Of a DNA stretch of 64,000 nt, positions 33,849 to 48,319 are shown in pieces; the stretch's first letter is position 1, and each line of letters starts with the position of its first letter. The translations under genes were made by a program, and so were the position numbers. The notes under the pieces were generated by a model. The model made no database searches. It was not told the origin of the DNA and saw nothing but the letters and a program-made list of their open reading frames with translations. This DNA is from Mytilus californianus (taxonomy: Eukaryota), in contig NW_026262734.1 in assembly GCF_021869535.1 (NCBI RefSeq), positions 1,798,001-1,862,000 on the forward strand, read 5' to 3'.

Positions 33849-35209
33849 TCACTGATGCATGAACAATAATTGGTCGTTTGGATGCTACACATACAGGGTG
33901 TTTGGTTTTGTACTTACTGCCTTTTTAAATGTATTTATTATTTATCATGAAAATTTGTGATCTTACAGGGCATTTATATCTTTAACATGTCCTATTATTT
34001 ATTAAGAATTACAAGCTTGTTAGACGTTAATCATGTATGTGCAAACAAAATACAACCAACAAATTAATAGGGAATAGTCTTTAGGAATACAGAGATCATA
34101 GTACCTCAGCATTGCAGCAAAACAGCGGACATCGGGACCAGACTAAAGAAAAAAGAATGAAGAGACAAACAACAATAACAAAACATAACCATTGATTACA
34201 CAGAAAACAAAGATTTATTAACAGGATCTCCACCAATAATCAAGGAGAACTGGGTTCCTCCAGGAGGGTAATCAGTTCCTGTTTGCACCAGTATCACCCA
34301 TCATGTTCTTCATGGGGTTCCATCTGGAAAAGGGGGGTTCAAATTTTAGGTTTTCATCAGTTCGTACCTGATTTACTGTAAATTCAGAAATTCAATGCGA
34401 AAATTGCAACTCCTTGAGTATTGCAATAATAAGAACTCGCATTCTGATATAATTTACATATATATGTAAGAAGCTTTTTATACGACCACAAAAAAATTTT
34501 TGTGGTCGTATATTGGTATGACGTTGGCGTCATCGTCGTCGTCGTCGTCCGAAGACACATTGGTTTTCGCACTCTAACTTTAGTTTAAGTGAATGGATCT
34601 CTATGAAATTTTACCACAAGGTTCAATACCACAAAAGGAAGGTTGGGATTGATTTTGGGGGTTATGGTACCAACAGTAAAGGAATTAGGGGCCAAAAATA
34701 AGCATTTTTGTAACTTCCAGACATAACTTGTGTGTTAGTGTATGGACCTCTCTGACATTGTACCACAAGGTTCCATATCACAAAAGGAATGCTGGGATTG
34801 ATTTTGGGGGTAATTGCCTCAAAATTTTAGGAATTAGGGGCCAAAAAAGGGGCAAAAAACAAGCATTTTTCTAGTTTCATGACAATAACTTGTGTGTAAG
34901 TGTATGGATCTTTCTGAAATTGTACTACAAGGTTCCATATCACAAAGGGAAAGCTGGAATTGAGTTTGGGGGTAATTGCCTCAATATTTTAGGAATTAGG
35001 GGCCCAAAAGGGGCAAAAAACAAGCATTTTTCTAGTTTCAGGACAATAACTTGTGTGTAAGTGTATGGATCTTTCTGAAATTGTACTTCAAGGTTCCATA
35101 TCACAAAGGGAAAGCTGGGTTTGAGTTTGGGGGTAATTGCCCTAAACGTTTAGGAATTTGGGGCCAAAAAGGGGCCAAAAAACACATTTTTCTAGTTTCC
35201 AGACAATAA

Positions 35210-38200
35210 TTATTATTATTATACAGTATTTATAACAGCGCATTATATAATATCAAAAATTACCCTAAGCGCTTTACAACATATTCACACACATATATAA
35301 GCATTAACAATAAAATATGAAAGCCCATGTTATGAGATCCTAAAACAAACATATTTAAAATAAATGGCATATAAAACTATACTATTAAATTTACTGATCA
35401 ACAATAAAATTTATATAAATGGGCATGGTAATATAAAGGAGACATTGAACCCGTACAAAATAAAAATAAATAAAAAATATTTGCCTAAAAATTCAAAAAT
35501 TACAGCGATATAAAATATTTTAAGAACTATGAAAAAGCATGTCTGAATAAATGAGTTTTCAGGTGTTTCTTAAAAGCGTTCACAGAATGGATGTTCCGTA
35601 TATCACTTGGTAAATCATTCCATAGAACGGCTGCTGCTTTGTCGAATCTCCTTTCCCCATATGTTTTAGTTCTCACACGTGGTGTTGTTAAAATCATGGC
35701 ATTTTCAGATCTGAGAGTTCGCATTGGTTTATATATATTAACGAGTTCTTGTAGGTAGACCGGTGCCTCCTCATGCAAAGCCTTGAACACATAGACGAGG
35801 AGTTTATATTGGCATCGATATGTTACGGGGAGCCAATGTAGAGACTTTAGGATTGGCGTTATGTGGTCGTATTTCCTTCTCCTTGTAATGACCCTGGCTG
35901 CTGTGTTTTGAACTCGCTGTAATCTTTGAATAGTAGTTGATGGGAGTCCATACAGCAATGCGTTCCCATAATCCAAACGAGAGGTTACAAGGGAGCATAC
36001 TAATGTTTTGCATGCTTCTTCGGTAATAAATGGACGAATTCGTCCAATGTTTCTTATCTGATGAAAACATGATTTTGAAACAGCGCTAATTTGTTTGTCC
36101 ATTGCCAAAGTTTTCTCAAAATAAATGCCTAGGTTTTTTACGCACTCAGTATCACTGACAATGTTTCCACCAAACTTGAGATGCAAGTCTGAGAGGTTCT
36201 TCACTCGGTTTTTTGGAGCAAACACTAAAAGCTCAGTTTTGTCCTCGTTTAATTTAAGCAGATTCGAGCACATCCACTTGCTGATGTCAGCTACGCAAGC
36301 CTCAAGTCGCTTTGATATATTTGTCCAATTATCAAGTGGTTTTAATACGAGATAAACTTGTGTGTCGTCTGCATAACAGTGATAACACATATTATGTCGT
36401 TTACATATTTCACCAATTGGTCTTGCGAAAATGCAATAAAGTTTTGGTCCCAAGACCGATCCTTGAGGAACACCAAATAGAAGACGAATCTCATCAGAAA
36501 GAACAGAACCAATAGCGATTCGCTGAGTCCTCATCTCGAGATATGACTTCAACCAACTAAGTGCTGTACTGGTTATCCCACAAGAGTATTCCATCCGCTT
36601 TATTAGAATAGGATGATCGATAACATCGAAAGCAGCCGATAGGTCTAGCATGAGTAAAACGGCACAACAGTCGTTATCAAGTGCAACAGTGATGTCATGA
36701 TGCACACGAAGTAATGCTGTCTCGGTCGAATGACACGCACGATAGGCTGATTGTACATTGTCGTGAAGAGAGTTTGACGTATGATGGTTTTCAAGGCGAG
36801 TCTCGACGACTTTTTCGACCACTTTGGATACGAACGGAAGATTAGAGACTGGTCGATAATTTTTCAATATCTCTTTGTCTAGATTAACCTTTTTCAAGAG
36901 TGGTCGGACAACTGCCTCCTTGAAAGATGATGGTACACAACACTGTTCCAGTGACAAGTTCACTATCTTGGTGATGACGGTAGCTAAACTGTTTAGACAC
37001 GGTTTTAATATATTTGTCGGAAGAGGATCTAATTCGCATGATTTGGTTGGAGCTTTCAAAATAATTTTACGTACTTCCTCTACAGATGCTGGTGTAAAGA
37101 AGGTGAGTGGTTGGCCTTTGAATTTTAAATCGTATTTGAATTCTTCATTATCATAGGCAGACGATTCATTCACTAAACATAGATTGTTCCTTATTGTTTC
37201 GATTTTTCCAAGGAAAAAATTGCCGAATCTATTTGATAGTTCAATTTCACTGTGGTGTGATGGCAAAATCACCTGGTTTGTGTTTCCCATTAGGCCATTT
37301 GTGAGCTTTAGCAGTTTCTTTTGATCGTGTCCAACTTCAGAAATTTTATTTGAATAATAGTCCGTCTTGCATTTGAAGAGCAGTTTACTTGTTCTGGAAC
37401 AATGTTCTTTATAAATCTGTTTATGAACTTCAAGCTTTGTTTTTCGCATTTGTCGCTCAGCTTTGCGGCGTTCTCGCTTTGCAACACGCAACTCATCAGT
37501 GTACCACTCTGTGTTTGGTCGCTGAGTGATCACTTTTGATTGTTCTGGAGCATGCCTGTCGAGGAGAGTTCGAAGCACTGAGTCGTACGAAGCAACACAA
37601 TGTTCAACCGAAGGATTTTGCTCATTTAGGAGAAGAGAATTGTTTATATCCTTCTCGAAATTTTCAATGTTTATTTCTTTGAACTTCCGAAAACTCACAG
37701 ACTTTCTTTGTTTTGGTGGTTTCGTGATATTAAGTTCACAAAGCACTGCGAAATGATCTAGCGAGGAAATTCCTTTGTCATCACAGATATGCAGATCCTC
37801 AATTGACGGTACTCTAGCAAGAATGGAACTATTCTCCCTACATAGGATAACGTCGAGTGTGTGTCCACGGATATGCGTAGCGCCAACAACGTGTTGTACG
37901 AGACCATGGTCGCTAATTGTTTCTTCAAATTTACGGGTGTCACAATTATTCTTATCATCGAGATGGAAATTTAAGTCTCCTGTCAGAATGATTTCTTCGG
38001 GAATTTTGACAGTGTAGTCAAGGAAATCTGACCACTCCTCAAAAAATGTCGAATTCTTTAGTTGATTTTTCCGAGACGGAGGAGGACGATAGATCACGTA
38101 TAGGCGAAATTGATGATTTTGTGCATTTACACTGCATTCAAGAAGTTCAAAGTGTGTGAATTTCTTCTTTGTTTGCGGAATACGTTTAATAATTAAGTTT

Positions 38201-39048
38201 GATTTATGTACGATGGCAACACCTCCGCCTTTTCGATCCGATCTTGCAGCATGCTGTACATCGTATCCGTTTGGTAGAAGCTCAGACAGAACACATTTGT
38301 CAACGGCAGAACCAAGCCATGTTTCAGTGAGCGCAAGCATGTCAGTATTACTCGAAGTCAGATAATCACTGATAGAAAGCGATTTGTTCTTTATCGATCT
38401 AACATTTAACGTTGTTAGCGACAATTGTTTGCACATGGTAGACACAGATGATCTCTGAATTCGGGACAAATTGCATTGGTTTTGAACATTAACCGTCTTC
38501 GATAACGGTCGTGGACGTAATGTAACAGTTGAAATAGTGTTCACTTGATGGTCATTTATTGCTGATATGTTACAGTCAGCCGATATATCGATCAAATTGC
38601 TTCTGTTTATGACTCGATTATTACCATGTATGATGTCTCTATTAGGGGTTAAGATTGTGTTTATTAATCGAAACACTTTTTTGCCAGCTTTAGTTCCGCG
38701 TCTTGTTCGTTTGGAAGCATTCACGGCGAACGTACTGTATTGTAAACTACCTGTATGTGGTTTAAATTTAGTCAAGGATATAAATAGCCTTCTGAGTTGT
38801 GAATTCATGGTTGATTTAACTCGATAGAAAAGTAAACACAAATTTTGTGCACATCTGTTTTGATTAAAATGTCGAATAAAATGCAACTCCTTTAGCTCTT
38901 ATGGATAAAGCCATGTGTTAGAAATGTCCTCCTCAAGTATGAAGTCTAACAGTATCCTAAAAGTCATTAAACAAGCAAAATATTCACCTACTCAGTGGGA
39001 GCTGCCTCTCAGCGCTAACCAGCTGTCAATGCATCATGCTAATCTATA
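35210..39048 (-). mobile_element. 5'-truncated L2/CR1-type LINE with intact ORF2 and (TAA)n 3' tail
   Basis: (TAT)n tail on + from 35210 and a ~320-bp 3'UTR. The host repeat unit agacaataa^cttgtg is split at 35209 and resumes at 39049, with no clear TSD. Confidence 0.9.
35527..38886 (-). CDS. LINE ORF2 (APE endonuclease + reverse transcriptase), L2/CR1 group
   Basis: 1119-aa open frame. APE motifs: [46 protein letters not shown] motifs: [39 protein letters not shown]. Confidence 0.97.
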   Translation of the reverse strand: MHFIRHFNQNRCAQNLCLLFYRVKSTMNSQLRRLFISLTKFKPHTGSLQYSTFAVNASKRTRRGTKAGKKVFRLINTILTPNRDIIHGNNRVINRSNLIDISADCNISAINDHQVNTISTVTLRPRPLSKTVNVQNQCNLSRIQRSSVSTMCKQLSLTTLNVRSIKNKSLSISDYLTSSNTDMLALTETWLGSAVDKCVLSELLPNGYDVQHAARSDRKGGGVAIVHKSNLIIKRIPQTKKKFTHFELLECSVNAQNHQFRLYVIYRPPPSRKNQLKNSTFFEEWSDFLDYTVKIPEEIILTGDLNFHLDDKNNCDTRKFEETISDHGLVQHVVGATHIRGHTLDVILCRENSSILARVPSIEDLHICDDKGISSLDHFAVLCELNITKPPKQRKSVSFRKFKEINIENFEKDINNSLLLNEQNPSVEHCVASYDSVLRTLLDRHAPEQSKVITQRPNTEWYTDELRVAKRERRKAERQMRKTKLEVHKQIYKEHCSRTSKLLFKCKTDYYSNKISEVGHDQKKLLKLTNGLMGNTNQVILPSHHSEIELSNRFGNFFLGKIETIRNNLCLVNESSAYDNEEFKYDLKFKGQPLTFFTPASVEEVRKIILKAPTKSCELDPLPTNILKPCLNSLATVITKIVNLSLEQCCVPSSFKEAVVRPLLKKVNLDKEILKNYRPVSNLPFVSKVVEKVVETRLENHHTSNSLHDNVQSAYRACHSTETALLRVHHDITVALDNDCCAVLLMLDLSAAFDVIDHPILIKRMEYSCGITSTALSWLKSYLEMRTQRIAIGSVLSDEIRLLFGVPQGSVLGPKLYCIFARPIGEICKRHNMCYHCYADDTQVYLVLKPLDNWTNISKRLEACVADISKWMCSNLLKLNEDKTELLVFAPKNRVKNLSDLHLKFGGNIVSDTECVKNLGIYFEKTLAMDKQISAVSKSCFHQIRNIGRIRPFITEEACKTLVCSLVTSRLDYGNALLYGLPSTTIQRLQRVQNTAARVITRRRKYDHITPILKSLHWLPVTYRCQYKLLVYVFKALHEEAPVYLQELVNIYKPMRTLRSENAMILTTPRVRTKTYGERRFDKAAAVLWNDLPSDIRNIHSVNAFKKHLKTHLFRHAFS

Positions 39049-39339
39049 CTTGTGTTCAAGTGTATGGATCTCTCTGAAATTGTACTGCAAGGTACCATAC
39101 CACAAAGGGAAGGCTGGGATTGAGTTTGGGGGTGATGAATCATAAGGGGGTTCAAAAAATTTGGGGGGGGGGATTTTTTTTTTTTTCCTTTTTTTTCTTT
39201 TTTTCCTTTTTTTTTTCTTTAAAAGTTTTCCATTTTAAGTTGGTTATTTCTGATTTATATTTAAAAGCAAATAATAATGATATGGTAGGAGATACACACC
39301 AAACAGGATGTGTAAATTATTATATAATAAGTATTGTGC

Positions 39340-39545
39340 AATAGCAAGAAATTTTCAATTGCACAGTATTGCACAATAGCAAGAAATCTTCAATTGCACA
39401 GTATTGCGCAATAGCAAGAAATCTTCAATTGCACAGTATTGCGCAATAGCAAGAAATATCCAATAGCACAATATTGTGCAATAGCAAGAAATTGTCAATT
39501 GTACAGTATTGCGCAATAGCAAGAAATATTTAATTGCACAGTATT
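39340..39545. repeat. ~38-bp tandem repeat inside the HINE
   Basis: gtattgcgcaatagcaagaaatcttcaattgcaca, ~5-6 copies. Confidence 0.85.
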
Positions 39546-40627
39546 GTACAAAAGAAGATACTTCGTATAAATTGCTTATTTCTTGACCAATTTCAATGGG
39601 GTTTTATTCTTGAATTCTTGGGGTTCTTTAATATGATGAATCTAACCGTGTATTTAGTTTTTGGATTTTGGGCCCCATTTTTAAATTGGTCCACATTGAG
39701 GTCCAAAGGGTCCAAAATTAAACTTTGTTTGATTTCATCAAAAATTGAATTATTGGGGTTCTTTGATATGCCGAATCTAACCGTGTATTTAGATTCTTAA
39801 TTTTTGGTTCCATTTTCAAATTGGTCTACATTAAGGTCCAAAGGGTCCAAAATTAAACTTAGTTTGATTTTAACAAAAATTGAATTCTTAGGGTTCTTTG
39901 ATATGCTGAATCTAAACATGTATTTATATTTTTGATTATGGGCCCAGTTTTCAAGTTGGTCCAAATCGGGGTCCAAAATTAAGCTTTGTTTGATTTCAAC
40001 AAAAATTGAATATATGGGGTTCTTTGATATGCTGAATCTAACCATGTATTTAGATTTTGGATATTGGACCATAATAGGTGAATGTCCAATTTAAAATTTT
40101 TAAGTTCTTAGACCACATTCATTCTGTGTCAGAAACCTATGCTGTGTCAAATATTTAATCACAATCCAAATTCAGAGCTGTATCAAGCTTGAATGTTGTG
40201 TCCATACTTGCCCCAACTGTTCAGGGTTCGACCTCTGCGGTCGTATCAAGCTGCGCCTTGGGAGCATTTTATTCTTAGATTGTAATAATTAAAATTGCAT
40301 TTTTTTTAATTCTTCAAAAATCGAAATAATAAATGCACGCAATAATTTCGGAATTTACAGAATACAAAAATTCATAGTAACGGGGGAATTTATGCCAAGA
40401 CTTGCAAATGTTAAGGTATTTATTTTCATTTATTGCATCTTTGTATATGAGAAGACCAGTACTACAAATGTATGTACATAGTCTTGATAAAAGAATGAAA
40501 ATGTACACAGCTTGAACTTCTTTGTTTGTCTGTCTGTGCAGCATTCTTGAACCAATCTATTTTCATAATAAAGAACATTAGCTGCAATTTTCAGAAATTT
40601 GTCTCCCCTCTTGATATTAATAAATAT

Positions 40628-41441
40628 TAGGGATGTCAAATTGGTGAAGAATTACTAATAGAGAACTCATTGGTTTTATGAGTGATACTCGAGTACTTTG
40701 TGCACCTTTTACATTTTGTGGGTTGTTTTTGGACGTTAAGCACTCTACATTATTATCTGGGACTAGATAATAGTCTAGGCAATTATATAGGATAATTAAT
40801 AGCTCATTAACTAAATGTACTTAATAAGTCAACAATAAGCTAATCAATTATTTAATAAACACATATTCAATATAAATGATTACAAAGCCAAACCAGATCA
40901 AATAACAGTTACATTTTTTTATCGTAAAGAAAACACATTTTACAAAGTTGTGATGATAGAAGTTTAACCATTCAATGAGAGTCACCACAGGATGAGACGA
41001 ATTTATTCTTATTAAGAAATACTATCTTGTCAAATATTCCAGGGGAGATTCGGTTTTGTAACTTTGTATCTAATAGTCCTTTTGACCTCAAAATTACTCT
41101 AACAGTATCATTGTGGCAGACATGGTAAGAAACATTTATCGAAAAAGTGTAGGCCTAGGAAAGCTATTCTCATGTGATACACACTATACTTTAAAAGATA
41201 TATCAGAGGACTTCATTAGTATTTCCAAATGGAAGATTTCAGAGACATTTTAAATAACAATTTAGCACAAACATTTGAAACATATTGGAACTATGATTAA
41301 TTTAATACTCTGAGGGGCTTTCACAAGAAAATCATTTTATGAAAATAGGAGACAATGGCCTTACAGGAAAGATTATTTGAGTATCAATACTCAGCATTAC
41401 TGAGCTTTACTTGAGTATTTGAGTACTTGTTGACATCCCTA
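40628..41441. mobile_element. hAT-like MITE
   Basis: TIR tagggatgtcaa / ttgacatcccta with subterminal gagtact-like repeats; no exact 8-bp TSD. Confidence 0.65.
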
Positions 41442-41697
41442 ATGTAAATGCAAGAGTTTTCACACTTTTAGATATTTACAACAAGCATGTGATAGGAAAT
41501 GAAGGTGGATTTTAAAATATCTAACATTATTATTAAATTTTTGTCTTCATGAAAGATTACCATATAATCTCATAGTTTTTCAAGTATAAATTGTTAGTTT
41601 TTTTACAAGTTTTATTTATAGTTACAAACATTATTATTTATTTAGTCTTATTGGAGTTATTTGTAGTCCTATTGATGTATTGACTTTGTCATTGTAG

Positions 41698-41753
41698 AGA
41701 TGTACAATAAATTAGCCTTTTTAGAATCTGAAGGATTATGGGTAATTTATTGA
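41698..41753 (+). CDS. Candidate alternative terminal coding exon of RNF215-like gene (EMYNKLAFLESEGLWVIY*)
   Basis: The acceptor ctttgtcattgtag is compatible with the phase-1 donor at 33398. It is followed by a long AT-rich UTR-like tract with AATAAA near 43750. Confidence 0.4.
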
Positions 41754-44700
41754 ATTGATCATACACTAATAACAAATGAAAATAAAGTTACACCATTGGT
41801 CGAACCTCAATAATTTAGGATGTTTTGAACCCATTAAAATGTTTAACTGTACTCTTTTGAAAATATTAACCAAGAATGAAATGGTGAATTTAGAGCTAAT
41901 TTCCTAATGCTTGTAGAGTGAGACTTATGTTGGCTTGTTTGCTTCGTTTGTATCAATGTTTGCTCAAGCATTGTAATTTGGATTGACATCTTCAAACAAT
42001 ATAAATAGGAGGAGTTAAAACTAAATATAAATGTATACAAGTTTAACTCTGCCTATGTATATTGTTTGAAGATGCCAGTCTTTTTTACAATTTATACAAA
42101 TAAAGCAAGCAAGCCAACCAAAGATTTACTCTACAAGCATAAGGAAAATAGCTCTAAGTATTTTTGTTATGTAGTTTGTCTTAACTAACCAGATTGAAAG
42201 TGAAACCTAGGCTATAGAATTGACTGTTAACACATACAGTGTTATATATGTGTAGTAAATAACCTAAAAGATGTTGCAAATGAAAGAGGTCATACGAATG
42301 AAATACCAAAATAAAGAACTGGTTGATGATAAAACCATCACAAGCAAAAACAACAACAAAAAATAAAAACACAACACAATTAAATGTAAAAGTCTTTTCT
42401 ATCATAGCTTTTATTGTTTAAAGTTTTGGTGGTTTTAACTTTTTAAGATATGGTTATACTTTTGGCAGATACTTTATTTCTGTATTGCATACTATTTATC
42501 TTATTATAGTGCATTTGACTGTTAATGTCTTGTTAAATTTGTTTATTTAGCTATTTATATTAAAATATGATAAATGAAGACATACTATCAAATGTACACA
42601 TATATTTTAGCTAATAGCAGAAGCTGATTTAGGGAGGGCCTAGGGTTCCCCCCTTTTATGGAGCTACAGTTATGGTAAATCCATACTTTTTACCTGTTCC
42701 ACTTCAAACTTTGCCCCCCCCCCCTTTTTCAAAATCCTGGATCCACATCTGAATAGAAAAGTACAATTCTGTTTCTTTGGGATGGATTAGATATTTTTGA
42801 AATAATTTGAAATGAAAACATTTTAAATATTTGATATTTAATAAAATTGTTACAAGAGCATTTGGCAGAAATAATGTTTTGAATTTTAGGGAATGTTTGC
42901 TTTTTAGTGCTACGTGTGTGCTATATTTTACTTTGATTTAAATGAATTGCTACATTATTTTTCATATAATATTTATAGATTCAAATTAAAGTCATTAATT
43001 AATTTTTCAGTGTCTGATAACTTATTTTATAACAACTTTATAACAACACAAACTTAGTTTATTTATTCCACACTACAGGTATGATTCTCCAGTTATTTTG
43101 TCCAGTTTTGTTTATTTTACTAAAATTTAGTACAGAAAAATAAAATTACACAAAATTTTTTGTCTATTCAACACTGCTTATATGAATCGTCAGTTATTTT
43201 GTCCAGTTTTAGTCCATTTTTCTAAACTTTAGTATATTAAAAACGGTTTATAACACAATATTTCTTCAATTTATTTCAAAACACTGCATAATATACAAAA
43301 GGAAATGCAGAGAAATATCACAAAATTGAGTAACAATTGTTTTTGAGATACTTTAATGCAATAATTCTTTTTTGAATAATAATAGATAGTTGACAATGTG
43401 ATTTGTGTAATCATATATTCATGTTTATGTGATAAAATTATGTCTAGGCCAAAAATAAAATTTAAATTGTTTGATGTTGTCTACCTATCCACCTAAAATG
43501 CAGCCTGCCCAAAAAGTTTTATGACACAAATCGTTTCAAATTTATTTTTAAAGGTTTTTTTCATGTTCTAATATCTTTTTCTTGTCTAAAACATGTAACT
43601 TGTTGTTGGCCAAACAAAAAAATCCCTACCTACCTACCCAACCCTATGAGGCATGGTTAGGCAACATCGTACAAATCATTTTTTAAGGGTGGCCCTATGT
43701 TTCGTCCATGTATATGTTTATCATTGTTATTTGTTATCAATATACATAAATAAAAAGCATTTAACATTGTCTTATTTGATTTATATATGTATAACAAAGG
43801 ATTTTAGTCCCAATTATTAGCTCACTTGGCCATGTGAATATTGGTCCTCAATGCTCTTCAACTTTGTACTTTATTTGGCCTTTTTTAACTTTTTTTGATT
43901 CGAGCATCACTAATGAGTCTTTTGTAGACGAAACGCACGTCTGGTGCAAATGCAAAATTTCAATTCTGGTATCTATGATGAGTTTATAGGCACTCTTAAC
44001 TCTTCACAATTTGATTGTCTTATAGCCACGAAACAGAATTAAACTAAACTTGACAGAGGAGAGTCTTACTAGGTTATTTCCATGTGTTGTTACTTTGGAG
44101 GGGTTTGGCTAATGCAAGGACAACATGGTTTTTTCTAATTTTTCAACTGTCTGAAAGTTTACATTGAAATCCTATGGGAAATCCCTTTTTGCTTTTCATT
44201 TGAAGAATAAAGTAAAAAAAAAACTAACCAATCAATGCAGTTCCTGTTACTCTGGTCCTGATGAAGTCCAATATAGCTTCAAAGGGAAACTAGGGTCAAA
44301 TTTGTCAGATTTTTAAAGATCTTCTTAAGAATGGCTGAACCAATTGAAACCAACCTTGACATAAATTTTATAATATATCCTTTGATGACAATCATGAAGG
44401 TCACCAGCTGAGGTCAAATTTTACATTGAAACCCTAAAGGGAAATACACTTTGCATCTCTATTCAAAAACAAGTAAAGTAAAATGAAAACAAACCATACT
44501 TTTATATTCTTATTTAAAATTTCTTTTGTTCTTAGCACATGTCTGATGAGTCAAGATACCTTTCAACCTGAGACTACTATAACACAAGTGTTATAGTAGT
44601 CTCAGTTTCAACTGATTTTTGTCTTGCCCCAGACCAGTCACAGAATTTGAGATATAGGGATTATAATCTGGTGGCAGTGACAGCATAAACTATTTGTATA

Positions 44701-44989
44701 AAGCTTTATATTTCAGAAGGCAGAAGACTTAGATGCTTCATACCTTGTATGCAGATACCTTATGATATAAAGTATCCGTCTGTAATCTGTCCATTGTCCT
44801 TGACCTAATTTTCATGGTTTAGTGACTGCTTGAAAAAAAATTATAGTTTTTCTGTCATGTGAAATACTCACTTATTATGAGTAATAGGATAGCTATATTT
44901 GGTATATTGCTTCCTTGGAGGGTCTACATGTCTGTCAGACAGGTTCACCTGACCTCGACCTCATTTTATTAATCAGTGTTCGAGGTTAA

Positions 44990-45572
44990 GGTTCATGTTG
45001 ACCATTTGGCTAAAATGGCTGCGTTTTCACCTCAAAATTTACTCTGAGTACAGACAAACCTGTGCATCTGAAAAAGTTTTAAAGCATAGCATGCCCTAGA
45101 TAAATAAAATTCAAATGCATTGTATGTTTTAGAAAATTTAAAACTTAACTGGATTTTGCAACTTGCACTTTTTTTATTCACTGCAGAAGGTGATAAAATT
45201 AACAAACAGTTGAGTTTCACTTGATATGGTCCACTCAGGTACAGGTTTAAATCACCAATTATTGTCAGGTATCTATTGTCCATCTATTGTCCATATCAAT
45301 CAATACAGTTCACTTCAATTATTACCTGTAGGGAAGTTCTCAAACGTCTTTCGCAACTTAGTTTGTTTTGGCATCTTCTGGATAAATGATAAAAAAGTGC
45401 ACTGCAAAATCCTGTTAAGTTTTTAATTTTCTAAATCATAAAATATATTTGAATTTTATTTATGTAGGACATGCTATGCCTTAAAACTTTTCCAGATACA
45501 CAGGTTTGTCTGTACTCAAGTACATTTTGAGGTGAAAATGCAGCCATTTTAGCCAAAGGGTCCACCTGAACC
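44990..45572. mobile_element. Kolobok-type MITE with long TIRs, nested in a HINE
   Basis: TTAA at 44986-44989 and 45573-45576, GG...CC termini, and ~185 bp of imperfect inverted repeat. Confidence 0.8.
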
Positions 45573-47042
45573 TTAAGTTTATGTGGTCAAGTCCATATCT
45601 CAGATTCTATAATCAAAGTTCAACTATACATGTATTTGGTGTATGGAATGATTGTAAGTTGAACATGTCCAACTATACTTTCAGTAAAACTGTTATTCTA
45701 CAGCCATTCAGCATAAATTCAATCATGAGTAAGATGGCGAAACATTTCAGTCTCTGCACTCTTCTTAGCTAGTTTCAAAATTGAGACGTTAGACAAAAAC
45801 TGTCCCAGGTTAGAGGGAGGTTCGAACCATCCCACAATCTAATATTAATATATTTTTTTTTCATCGCGATGACCGTGAGGGCATTCCGATATATTGTTGC
45901 CGACGAGATTTCTACTTCCGTAACTTTCGTGTTTGATAGCCTGGGGTCATGGCTAATCTTGTCAGTATACGTGCAGCTAGATCGGGCCGGGATGCCAGGC
46001 TATCGTGTTTGACTGGTAATCGATCTATAAATACGCGGACATTATCGAGTGCAAAATAACATTTCTTATCACTTGTTATAAATTCATTTTTTAAATGAAT
46101 ACTCATAAAATAATTTTGTTTAGAACATAAATTAATAATTTGAAAATGTTTTGTCGTTAGAAATATATATATAAGTAAAAAATCATTGATAATATCTATG
46201 CACACGTAAAGAAAAATTGTGTTAACGCATGCGGAAGAATATATCAAGAACGTTTTGCGGGAAAATATGAATGCTTGCTCAAATCCAATCTATTAGAAAA
46301 ATCATATTATTACAGAAGAGTGTCCACCATGCACTTACACTGCACTATTATTAGAATAGTAAAACAGAATGATATACAAATGGATGAAAATTATATTTTA
46401 TACATGTAACTGTTATATACAAACATAAATATAATATATAACAACAAACCAGAGTATACTGATTTGTATCACTACAATATAATAGTTATTACGGTGACGT
46501 TGAATTCCCTGTCATTTATTCATTATCCACGCACGAACTTGTCTCAGAAAAAAAAATATATCTCTGTACAATAACCTCACATTCAGGTATACAGATGTGA
46601 TTTTTTTTTCTGAGACAAGTGCTTGTGACCATCCACAAGAACTTGCGGTCATCCGATGTTCAGTACTTCAGTACTTTGATTCCATTTGCTAGACGTTAGA
46701 TTTATTTGCCGCTCATGTACCCTGCCACATTCTTAATGTACCTGTCCCGTGTCAGAAGGTCCGTGTCAGAAGCATTTGGTCCAGTGTTGTTGCATCTGAT
46801 TAAAATGCAGATCTATCGTAACTCGCTAACGTCGAAGGATAACGAAATGAAGAGATTTATATCTTAATTGTAATGTTGCTGTTGTTTACTATCGGCTGCA
46901 ATAAGTGTTTTCCGTTTAGTGTTATGTCATTTTAATAATCAATCAATTCTACTGAGGTGAAACAACTTGCTTCAGGTGACTTCACCTTATATTTACCTAC
47001 TATCTAATTGAAACATGTAAAGTTAGTTTCGATACCTGATAT

Positions 47043-47545
47043 TTTGTAAAACGGTTCTATATAACATATAAAAATAAAACAGAATTTAACCATCGCGAGA
47101 AAAATATTAAACTCTTAGGCAAATTTGATGACTGTCGTTATTAAAACTATTTCATGCCATATGATGCACCAGCTTAGGACTAAATAACCTAAATTATTTA
47201 GTAACAATACAAAAAGAAAACTGAAACAAGAGTTATCGTTTCCTTACATGGGCGGGAAGATACAATTGATTGGAAGTCAATTTTAGCTTGCTATAAGCTT
47301 TACATGTAATCGTTTCGATACATGCTGTTTTGTAAAACCGCTCTTCATAAAACATAAACAGATTGAAATATAATTTAACAATCACGGGAAAAATACTAAA
47401 CTCTTGTAAAAATTTGGTCGAAGTCGTTATTCTCAATATTTTATACCATATAATGCACCAATTTGAAGTCAGAGAAGACTCGCAGGCCTCAGTTATTAAG
47501 TAACAATGCAAAAAGGAAATTTGAAACAAGTGTTCTCTTTTCTTT
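47043..47545. repeat. Degenerate ~286-bp direct duplication
   Basis: ttttgtaaaac...aatttaac.atc.cg.gaaaaata.taaactctt...gtcgttatt...ccatat.atgcacc occurs twice. Confidence 0.6.
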
Positions 47546-48319
47546 ACATAAGCGAGTAGAAACCATGCTTTGAGAGTCAAATAAAGTTTGCTATACCCTT
47601 AAATCGTAAGGTAATTAAAGTAACAAAAACAAGCAAAATTGTCTGTATAATAAAACGGAATGCATCACAAATACAATGAATGCTAAAACATAGTTTGAAG
47701 CTAATATGCTTTGAACATTCTCTAATAAAAAAGCATGGTTTGTAGGAAGATTTCATCTACAATTTTGAAATAAAATGTGATAATAACAGTATGTAGTGAG
47801 AGTCAATATTATTCCATTCTGTTAGTTAGAGGGAGTCGTGACTTTACTGTCGATCGACTCGGAGTTGCTATTTTGGAGTTATTTTTAAAGTGTTTGGTAG
47901 TGAAAGCATACCGTGAAACTCTAAACGTTGTATTGCTGGGTAAATCTTTTATTTTCATTCCTTCAAATCAAGGTGCTCTTTTTATTTCGGAAAGTTTTAC
48001 CCATTGACCGAACAGGTATACCTGCGTTCACTATTTTCTCCGTCTTTTAATAACACCCTTTCAACGCAAATGTTCACCACTTTTTCCAAGGTCTGGGCAG
48101 GGTTGAGCGGTCACACACATGTCTAACTCCTCCTCATTCTTTAAGTGCCTTCATGTCTCGTGTCTGGAGCCTTTAATTCAGTCGTTGTCGGTGATTGCTG
48201 TCTGTTATATTTGTTTTTCGTTTATTGCATGTCTTATCATAAGTCAAGTCGTTGATTTTGCCGTTTGAATTGTTCACATTTTGTCATGCCAAGGCCTGTC
48301 AGACATAGCCGACTATACG

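Larger units (their letters stand above)
34475..40270 (+). mobile_element. Helentron/DINE-1 (HINE, pearl-like) non-autonomous element interrupted by the LINE
   Basis: T-run start, 16-bp-stem hairpin tatacgaccacaaaaa/tttttgtggtcgtata (34479-34512), (GTC)n microsatellite, internal tandem repeats, and a subterminal gcggtcgtat near 40238. Confidence 0.7.
34377..40362. mobile_element. MITE (ctgtaaattc...gaatttacag) split in two by the HINE
   Basis: The halves at 34377-34474 and ~40271-40362 join into the reverse complement of the intact copy at 24153-24359. Confidence 0.7.

Noticed and set aside
35804-38827. Short ORFs overlapping or antisense to the LINE ORF2
   Set aside because: Expected shadow ORFs of a long coding region.
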